A stretch of DNA of 63,819 nucleotides, filler included, from Chrysochromulina tobinii (Eukaryota): NCBI GenBank assembly GCA_001275005.1. It is 5 parts of 5 records of this genome, joined end to end, with 100 filler letters (N's around TTAATTAATTAA, not from the genome) between each part and the next. Parts side by side here need not be neighbours in the genome. Positions count along the whole stretch, not along the records: positions 52,357 to 61,485 come from JWZX01000030.1; positions 61,586 to 63,819 come from JWZX01000033.1; 3 more parts are not named here. One strand, 5' to 3'. The notes below the pieces were generated by a model. That model worked only from the letters and a program-made list of their open reading frames with translations, ran no database searches and had not been told where the DNA came from. Shown here piece after piece: positions 55,873 through 63,819 of this stretch (position 1 is its first letter; each line of letters opens with the position of its first letter). The position numbers were made by a program, and so were the translations under genes.

Positions 55873-57777
55873 TCAACGCAACGCATTGTATGAGTGCCGC
55901 GAATGCGCGACGCACCAGGAGCTGCAATAACCGGAGGTGCCGAACTTGCGACTTGGAATGTAGCACGTGCTCACAAACGCCGTGCCGAGATTGTGCTTGG
56001 CGAGCTCCCAGGCGTCCACAGCGGTGCGGCAGCCCCTGTGAACGAATGGCGTCGGGGAATGTGAAGTCAACAGCGGTCATCATTGGCTATCAGCTGTCAT
56101 CAGTGGTCATCAGTGGTCATCAATGGTCATCAGCGGCACTCACCTAAGCGAGTCCAAATCATGCCTACGCGCCGTAGTGAGCTTATCGGTGAGGTCATCC
56201 ACCAAGATGGTCGACACTTTCGGCGAAGCCAGCAGCGCGTTCCGCACGTCGCCTGAGGGTACAGGTGTGAATGAAGATACAGGTGTGAATGCGAGCGCGG
56301 TCAGGGATCGATCCCACGGAACAATGGTCAGCTGCAGAGCCAGGGGAGCATTCACACCCGAGGGCCATTCACATCCGAGGCCGGGGTTCCCGAGACACTG
56401 TGCCCTCGGGGGTCGGGGCCATGTAACGCCATCAAGGTCAATCAAGCGTCACTCAAGGGTCACTCAAGGGTCACTCAAGGGTCACTCAAGGGTCAATTAG
56501 TGACGCACGAGACACGGCCTGAGGGCTATGCACGCCATCAATCGACCACACATCGCAGTGAAGCATCGCGGGCGACTTCGTGGCGTCGAGCTCATGGTCG
56601 CTGAAGCCCTTGATGAAGGTGGTGCGCCCAGGGAAGCGAGCGCTGAGGAAGCGGAGCACCGCTGCGGGTAGAGGGCGATGGACATGTCATTGGAACATCA
56701 TCACGACGTCATCACGACGTCATCAGGAGGTCATCAGGAGGTCATCAGGAGGTCATCAGCAGGCCATCAAGGAGATTTTCACCTGGCGAGAAGGCAAACT
56801 CTTGAGGGTCCACGCTCAGGTACCTGATGAGGGAGGTCATCAGAGGCAATCAGTGGATGAGGGAGGTCATCAGAGGCCATCAGTGGATGAGGGAGGTCAT
56901 CAGAGGCCATCAGAGGCCATCAGGTACCTGATGAGAGAGGTCATCAGAGGTCATCTGCGAGGTCATCTGAGAGGCTTGAGAGCCGATCAGTGACCATCAG
57001 AGGCCATCAGAGGGCATCAGAAGTCATCAAGGCCGTCAGAGGCAATGAGCTATCAGAGGCCATCAGGGGCAATGAGCGTACGTCGTCTTCTGCACGCCAG
57101 TGAGTGCGAGGAAGAGGGCGGCTGAGTGGCCTTGGAAGAGGCCAACCTCACATAACGATCCGATGTTTGCCGACCGGGGCGAGCAAGATAGCGCACTCGC
57201 GTACCTGAACAGGGAGGGTCATTCAAACAGGCCATTCAGGCAGGCCCTCTGGGTCGCAATTAACGATTTAATCAATCAACGGCAAAAGGCTCGTCACTCG
57301 CGTACCCGAGCAGCTGCGACGGCTCGGTGCCCACGTTGCCATAGCTGCGGAAGAACTCGAGCACCTGATGAGGGAGGCCATCATCGGTCATTGGCTTGCC
57401 AATCCGATGTCATCAGAGGCCATCTGAGGCAATGAGAGCACCTTGTTCGCCGGCTCGCCGCTGTTGATGAACGCCTGCTCCGCATTGTGGCTCACACCAT
57501 CGAGGACACGGACCAAGTGCACCAGAGGAGGCTGCAGGCCCGACGCAAAGGCGTGTGCCAACGCCGCGGCCGCCGCATCAAAGTCAGCGTGGCTCACCTT
57601 CGACGTGAGCGTGGCCTTCGAGCTCGGGCAAACTACGCCATTGCACGCGCAGAATACGCAAAATATGCCGTTGCGCCACGAGGGCGCTACCGTGTTGCTT
57701 GCCAGCAGGCTGCACCAATCGGCACATATAGCAGTATGCTGTGTAGCGGCGGACCAGCACGACGCATTCGCGTCCAT
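55873..57777 (-). CDS. Methyltransf_24-like class I SAM methyltransferase, 7 exons (57777-57442, 57364-57306, 57204-57082, 56823-56783, 56661-56509, 56252-56144, 56035-55873)
   Basis: Six GT-AG introns give a 327-aa frame containing LCEVGLFQGHSAALFL, YLSVDP, RFPGRTTFIKGFS, CDVWSIDGVHS and ILVDD, with a Cys-rich CADWC N-terminus. Confidence 0.8.
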
Positions 57778-58117
57778 GATGCGCAAAGAAAGAGTGCGCG
57801 TTTCTGTTGAATCCTTTTTGAGATCCGATCCACCGTTACATGTATATCCTCCCCACCTCCTTTCAACCGGGCTTGGAATTGGGGCGGCAGTAGGAAAACG
57901 CGCCCTGTTGAGCGGCTTCGTCGAGGTGAAAACCTCGGAAGAGGACTGCTCCAGGCAAGCAAAGACTGCGTTCCGACGCGTACTCATCTCAGTCCACTCC
58001 TAACGCCCACCCCATGGACCGCGCGCCTGACGTCCTGACCGCCCGAATCGATCGCTCATTGCACGCGCAGGCTTCAACAAGAGCTCAGAGCTCCTCAACC
58101 GCCGTGGGCAGAAAATC

Positions 58118-58699
58118 ATGATGCGCCACTTCCATCCACTGGCCCTCGCGCTGATGCTTTGCCTGCCAGCGCACTCGGCGTCCTTCAGCGCGACCAGCAG
58201 CAGCAGCAGCGTGGCGCAGCGCCGCAGCGTGTGGAGGCAGCAGCGTGTGGCGGAGCCTGCGATGATGGCAAAGAAGATCACCAAGATCATCAAGCTTGCG
58301 CTCCCGGCTGGAAAGGCCAACCCTGCGCCGCCCATCGGCCCGGCGCTCGGCGCGGCCGGCTGCAACATCATGATGTTCTGCAAGGAGTACAATGCGCGCA
58401 CTCAGGACCAGGTAGGCACGATCGTACCTGTCGAGATCTCCGTGTTCGAGGACCGCTCGTTCACCTTCATTCTGAAGACCCCGCCCTGCTCCGAGCTCCT
58501 CAAGAAGGCCGCCAAGATCGCCAAGGGTTCGGGCACCCCAGGCGGCCGCAGCTACGCGAAGGCTGGCGAGGTCACGATGAAGCAGGTCGAGGACATTGCC
58601 AAGATCAAGATGCCTGACCTCAACACGAACAACCTGCAGGCGTGCATGAACACCGTGATGGGCACTGCCAAGAACATGGGCATCGTCGTGGTCCCTTAG
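58118..58699 (+). CDS. rpl11: nucleus-encoded plastid 50S ribosomal protein L11
   Basis: [42 protein letters not shown] preceded by a signal peptide, SASF and a Ser/Arg transit peptide. Confidence 0.96.
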   Translation: MMRHFHPLALALMLCLPAHSASFSATSSSSSVAQRRSVWRQQRVAEPAMMAKKITKIIKLALPAGKANPAPPIGPALGAAGCNIMMFCKEYNARTQDQVGTIVPVEISVFEDRSFTFILKTPPCSELLKKAAKIAKGSGTPGGRSYAKAGEVTMKQVEDIAKIKMPDLNTNNLQACMNTVMGTAKNMGIVVVP

Positions 58700-59118
58700 A
58701 GTGCAAGACAATTCCGTTCGGACGCGCGCGCGTGATACATCGACCGCGTGCTTGCGGGCTCAACCGGCTGCCTCGCGCTTCCCTGGCTAAAGCGGCCATG
58801 TACGTTTACCAGCACTCCCTGTGCGCGGGTGCGCCCCGCGGCGGTTACGACACGCATTTCGCGCGCCGCGGCGTGCGCCGCATGTGAGCAGGGCGACGGC
58901 CACATAGTTCAATGTGCTAAGCTTAATTTGTGGTGCTGTTACTTCAGCCCATTGCCCACACGAAAACCGACACGTCGAAGCGTGTAAGTAATCGTGGCTT
59001 TCCGCTTTGCGATTTGGCCAGTGACCGCAGGACACATGGGCCTGGACATGAACACAACTCTGATTCTCGACCCACGTTCGACTCACGGTTTTCACATAGT
59101 ACATATTCACCATGATAT

Positions 59119-60042
59119 TCACATGTCAGAGAAGCGTCCTTCTCGGGCAATGTCATCGAGCAGCTTCAAGCACTTGTCGCGTGATCCTTCCTCGACCATG
59201 GACTCGATATAACGCAGCAGGCGACGGCGGGCCTTGCGACTGACGGCAAGCTCACTGTTGGTCGAGTAGTGCACATGCACACCCTCAAAGCCGAGTGAGC
59301 GTCGCACACGTCGCATGTACCGCTCCCGCAAGGCATGCTCGGCTCCGTGTGCAGTCGGGTCGCTCAGCTCAGTGACGAGCTTGTCGTCCTTGCTGAGGAC
59401 GAGGAGTACGGGCACGCCCGTGGCACGCACCTCGTCGAGAAACTCGCGCACGAGCGACGACACCTTCCAGCGCACGTCATGTACGTAGAGCATGCCAAGG
59501 AGCGAGTCGCACCGCCGGATGTAATCGAAGACGAGGGGCTTCCACGCCCCCTCCCACATGGCCGTTACCTGGCCATCGCGCGAGGGCAGGCCGGGCAGAT
59601 CGGTGATGACCACGCGCTCGTTCACGAGCATCATGTCCACGGAGCGCGTCTTGCCTGCTACTGAAGACGCCTTGGCGAGGCTGTGTTTGTGCAGCAGGTG
59701 GTTGATGAGCGACGACTTGCCAGCATTCGACTCGCCAGCGATGCAGACGTGCGGCAGGCTGGCAGTCTCCAGAATGCCTTGGTACAGCACTTCGCGCGTC
59801 GGGCACATGAGCTTCGCGACGTTATTGTTCTTGTTCTCAATGAGATAGCGTTTGGCGGCCGGTTCGGGTTCTGCGTTGCCTCCGGAGTCAGCATCGACTC
59901 CTGCGGTGCGCCAGTCGGCCAAGGTCGCGCACGGCGGCACGCCCACGCGGCTCCAGCGACGCGGAAGCCGCAGCTGACGCATCGAGCGGCTGAGCGGCAG
60001 CATGGCTAGCAGTAAGAGAGCCCAGCGCACGTGGACGGCCAT
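59119..60042 (-). CDS. engB: EngB/YihA/YsxC ribosome-biogenesis GTPase, probably plastid-targeted
   Basis: G1 GESNAGKSSLIN, G2 GKTR, G3 DLPG, G4 SKDD; signal peptide plus Arg-rich transit-like region. Confidence 0.88.
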   Translation of the reverse strand: MAVHVRWALLLLAMLPLSRSMRQLRLPRRWSRVGVPPCATLADWRTAGVDADSGGNAEPEPAAKRYLIENKNNNVAKLMCPTREVLYQGILETASLPHVCIAGESNAGKSSLINHLLHKHSLAKASSVAGKTRSVDMMLVNERVVITDLPGLPSRDGQVTAMWEGAWKPLVFDYIRRCDSLLGMLYVHDVRWKVSSLVREFLDEVRATGVPVLLVLSKDDKLVTELSDPTAHGAEHALRERYMRRVRRSLGFEGVHVHYSTNSELAVSRKARRRLLRYIESMVEEGSRDKCLKLLDDIAREGRFSDM

Positions 60043-60167
60043 CAAGTGTTGCGCGCCGAGTCGGGCACTTCGGTGTCCCAGGAGAACCCACGAAGCTAGC
60101 GAGCCACCTCGTGCTCTGCTCGCCGTGTTTCACACAGAGATACTGTGAAAAATATCTGGAGATTTTT

Positions 60168-60710
60168 ATGCGGAAGCTCATCACCATGGTTGTTGTCCTC
60201 AGCGCCGTCGTGCTCGCCGACACCTCATCGGCCACATTGTCGAAATCACGCCACCATCCCGCGTCGAAGTCACGCCGCCATCCCGTGCTAGCCTACGCCC
60301 CCGCCGAGGTTCAGGATCCACAAACCTGGACAATCGCCTGCGGCGTTGGCTGGCTGTACGGCATCGGTGGGTGCATTGGGCCGTTCTTTGGGACGGGCGT
60401 CGGCCTCACATTCCCCGGCGGAGTGATCGCAGGTGCCGGTGGAGGAGTCGGAATCATGTTTGGGATCGGCATGGGCAGCGGCATCGTGTGGGGTGGCGGT
60501 CGCGGTGTGGTCAAGGGCTTTGGCGTCAACCCACCGATGAAGCCCCCCTTTGCAGACGGCCTGCCGCGACCGAGTGACCTGCCATCGCTCGCCTACCTGT
60601 TAAGGCGAGTAGCCACCGAGGCCGACAACTTGCGCGAGCGCGTCGTGCAGCTTCGCGATGATTGGGACGAGCGACGCGGCATTCAGCGGCGGGATCGGAA
60701 TATGGATTGA
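60168..60710 (+). CDS. glycine-rich membrane protein with signal peptide (TGD5-like Gly repeats)
   Basis: CGVGWLYGIGGCIG..GAGGGVGIMFGIGMGSG after a signal peptide. Confidence 0.6.
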   Translation: MRKLITMVVVLSAVVLADTSSATLSKSRHHPASKSRRHPVLAYAPAEVQDPQTWTIACGVGWLYGIGGCIGPFFGTGVGLTFPGGVIAGAGGGVGIMFGIGMGSGIVWGGGRGVVKGFGVNPPMKPPFADGLPRPSDLPSLAYLLRRVATEADNLRERVVQLRDDWDERRGIQRRDRNMD

Positions 60711-61485
60711 CGCCGTCGCCGGTCATGTCGATGCCATATAAAGTGTTATCGTGTATCGTTTCAGACTAGCAAGATGCATGAACAATACACATGGCCTCTC
60801 TGATACATTCCTCCTGCGCTGACTAGCACTTAACTAGCACGTACGTGTTTCTGTTTGTACGTGAACGTGTCCCTGCTGTCCGCCACCTGTTCGCGTATCG
60901 TACGACCGCCGCGCAGGCGGTGCGCGGCGCGAGCGGCCCACATCGCAGGTGGCCTACAGGTGGCCTCCGGGGCTCCGCCCGTGTGGGCGTCACTGCTGCA
61001 CTGCCACTCCCACTGGCGGCGGTGGCAGGCCAAGGCTGCCTTGGCTGCGCCACCGCCGAAGGCAGCTTAAGGCAGCCGGCTGCGGCTGTTCCATCACAGC
61101 GCCACCCTCCGGCTCCTATCCGGCTCCATTCTGAAAAGGGGCTCCTGCCGCCATGTGCGCCAGTGCGCGCAACGCACGCGCAAGTTCCGCGCATCGGCCT
61201 AGCATTACCCTTTGAAAAATGTGCGCGTAAATTTGTGCACCCGTCACAGTACTGGTTCTGATAGTACAATAGTTGAAACCTAGTTGTTTGAACGCGGGGG
61301 AAGATGGGGCTTCTCATGGGGTCATCGCGGCATTCACAGCTCATGATGGCTCATTGCGTTTTGTTCGGTTTGTTCGCTCTTCTTTCGAAGAAAACTCAGG
61401 GACCTCACCGATGATCGGTCTCGCGCACAACCCGCCGGAGTGCAGCCCGCCGTCGCGAGATGCCTCGATCGAGGGGGTGGTCTAG

Positions 61486-61585
61486 NNNNNNNNNNNNNNN
61501 NNNNNNNNNNNNNNNNNNNNNNNNNNNNNTTAATTAATTAANNNNNNNNNNNNNNNNNNNNNNNNNNNNNNNNNNNNNNNNNNNN
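61486..61585. other. artificial contig linker
   Basis: N-TTAATTAATTAA-N, 100 nt. Confidence 0.98.
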
Positions 61586-62277
61586 GGGGCGGCCGCGGGG
61601 ACGGGGGCAGTGGCGATGGGGGCGGGGGCGGCCGCGGGGGCGGTGCGAGACAGGATGGAGCACCGCTGTACGGACATGAACTCCAGGCAAGATCAATAAT
61701 CTCTCCCGTGGGGTACGGGCCCGGACAGGCAAACTGATTGAGGCAAAGGCCTGTAACCCGCGGGAACGACGGACCTTGTCCATCTCCCTATCGAGCAGTC
61801 GAACCACAGGTAGACATTCCAGGTTAAGTCAGAAAGCCCAGTGCCAGTATACGCTTGGTAGATGTACATTTCCCCTCCACTGGCAACACTTGAACAAGCA
61901 CTGCAAGTGAAATAGTAGCTGGTCTTGTAGTAGTACTCAGCCGGATAGCCTGTAAGTGTGATTGTCGTCGTTGCGCCCGATAAACAATTGCCGCATGTTA
62001 ATGGACAAGTAGCCAACCGGTCTGGACGAGGTCCGCAGTCGTCGCAGTCGGTGCCGATGTCGCAAGCTCCGGTGAACTCGGCGCCCGGGCCGCCATCGTC
62101 GCATGTGCCCTGGTTGGCGTAGGAGCACGTGTTTGTGCAAATGGTCTGTGCGCTGGTGAAGCCCACCATCATGGCGAGGAAGATTGTGCGGGCGAGTCGA
62201 GGCACCGACCCAAAGCGGCCCGCCGAGCCCCGCCGAGCCGAGAGTCGGCACGACAGAGAGGCGGCACGAGCGCACAT
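61586..62277 (-). CDS. partial secreted Cys-rich (CDDGG domain) protein with Pro-rich stalk; frame break near 61790-61700; runs off the contig
   Basis: Signal-like TIFLAMMVGFTSA, then CTNTCSYANQGTCDDGGPGAEF..CDIGTDCDDCGPR; another frame continues CPYSGAPSCLAPPPRPPPPPSP. Confidence 0.6.
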
Positions 62278-62347
62278 CGATCCGCGACGGGCGCAAAAGA
62301 GGAAAGGGCGCGATCCGGAACACTCCTCCCCGATCTTCCAGAAATTC

Positions 62348-63374
62348 ATAGACGCAGCGCTCGTGCTAGACGCATCTACGCGTGTCGCAGCGGCCGCAAG
62401 AAGCTGCCTGATCGATCTGCACATGCATTGCGTCGACGACAGTGCACATGAGTCCAAGACGGCGACAACAATGCTTGGTCAAGCAAGGAAGCTGACCTTG
62501 CGAGCCTCACGCGGATCTGTCACGTTGAGCAGCTATACATAGACGCAGGGCTTGTGCTAGACGCATCTACGCGTTTAGCAGCGGCCGCAGGAAGCTGCCT
62601 GATCGATCTGCACATGATATTGCGTCGACGACAGTGCACTTGAGTCCAAGGTCGTGACAGCATGCTCATGCTTGGTCAAGCAAGGAAGCTGACCTTGCGA
62701 GCCTCGCGCGGATCTGTCACGTTGAGTAGCTATACATAGACGCAGCGCTCGTGCTAGAAGCATCTACGCGTTTAGCAGCGGCCGCAAGAAGCTGCCTGAT
62801 CGATCTGCACATGCATTGCGTCGACGACAGTGCACTTGAGTCCAAGACGGCGACAACAATGCTTGGTCAAGCAAGGAAGCTGACCTTGCGAGTCTCGGCG
62901 GTGGATCTGTCACGCTGAGCAGCTATACACAGACGCAGCGCTCGTGCTAGACGCATCTACGCGTGTCGCAGCGGCCGCAAGAAGCTGCCTGATCGATCTG
63001 CACATGCATTGCGTCGACTACAGTGCTCTTGAGTCCAAGACGGCGACAACAATGCTTGCGCAAGCAAGGAAGCTGACCTTGCGAGCCTCACGCGGATCTG
63101 TCACGTTGAGGAGCTATACATAGACGCAGCGCTCGTGCTAGACGCATCTACGTGTGTCGCAGCGGCCGCAAGAAGCTGCCTGATCGATCTGCACATGCAT
63201 TGCGTCGACGACAGTGCCCTTGAGTCCAAGACGGCGACAATGCTTGCGCAAGGAAGCTGACCTTGCGAGCCTCACGCGGATCTGTCACGTTGAGCTGCTA
63301 TACATAGACGCAGCGCTCGTGCTAGACGCATCTACGCGTGTCGCAGCGGCCGCAGGAAGCTGCTCATCGATCTG
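62348..63374. repeat. ~190-bp tandem satellite, 5 full copies plus a partial one
   Basis: Units begin ATAGACGCAG (or a near variant) at about 62348, 62539, 62736, 62929, 63120 and 63304. Confidence 0.95.
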
Positions 63375-63819
63375 CCGTGTGCTCTTTGCACCGCCGCCGT
63401 ACTCCGATGGTCTGTGCTCGGCCTTTTTGTCGGCCCTTAACGATCGTAATGTAAATGGTCCTTACATCACGATCGTGAACGTAAATGGTCAGGTACAGTG
63501 AGTGAGCGGGCGAGCGGGCACCAGCTACCATACCATGACTCGCGCTGTAAACACTCCATGAGTGTACCATAGGGCTTAGGGGGCCACCCCAGGCACCCAT
63601 ACGCATGTACGGCAGTGAAACAACATATGTACATTGTGAATTAATAAGTTATAGGGAACATATATGGTAAATAGGGAATTAGGGAACCTGTAGGGAACAT
63701 AATATGGTAGGTACAGTATACGATGCCGTGAGGCCGGCAAGGGCGATGGCGGCGGCAAGGGCGGCGGTGAGGGCGGCGAGGGCAGTGGGGGCTAGGGTGG
63801 TGGGGGCGAGGGTGGCGGT

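Noticed and set aside
56820..57060. Hammerhead ribozyme (CTGATGAG cores)
   Set aside because: No stem II or GAAAC partner; these are the reverse complement of intron acceptor repeats (CTCATCAG).
62348..63374. CRISPR- or TIGR-like array
   Set aside because: Units are near-identical over their whole length with no unique spacers, and there is no adjacent effector gene.

Overview
GC-rich, gene-dense eukaryotic nuclear DNA, most likely from a haptophyte alga of the Chrysochromulina type. This is inferred from bipartite signal+transit peptides on plastid proteins, CTGATG/CATCAG-repeat introns and a CDDGG Cys-rich domain. The window is five contigs joined by four 100-nt artificial linkers (N-run, TTAATTAATTAA, N-run), so adjacency across linkers is not biological evidence. 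About 30 protein genes can be supported, often in divergent pairs with short intergenic gaps. They include a GT4 glycosyltransferase, two SAM methyltransferases, an Orai-like membrane protein, a papain-like protease, SAICAR synthetase, PDZ, tubby-like, FYVE/EH, JmjC and TBL2-like WD40 proteins, cytosolic RPL9, a PUFA elongase, a RhoGEF multidomain protein, a GNAT, a polyamine transporter, plastid RPL11 and an EngB GTPase. No rRNA, tRNA, CRISPR array or transposase was recognised. The best leads are: (1) a ~1058-aa protein with four tandem CysRS C-terminal-like units plus an EF-Ts-type UBA domain; (2) repeat-built introns with direct repeats at the splice junctions and captured exon copies (introner-like); (3) an Orai-like TM1 with Q at the E106 filter position; (4) two unusual endomembrane multidomain proteins; (5) a Dpy-30/RIIa-like module fused to PurC and also free-standing; (6) intergenic islands with RIP-like dinucleotide skew. 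All domain calls are by-eye motif recognition; no search was run.
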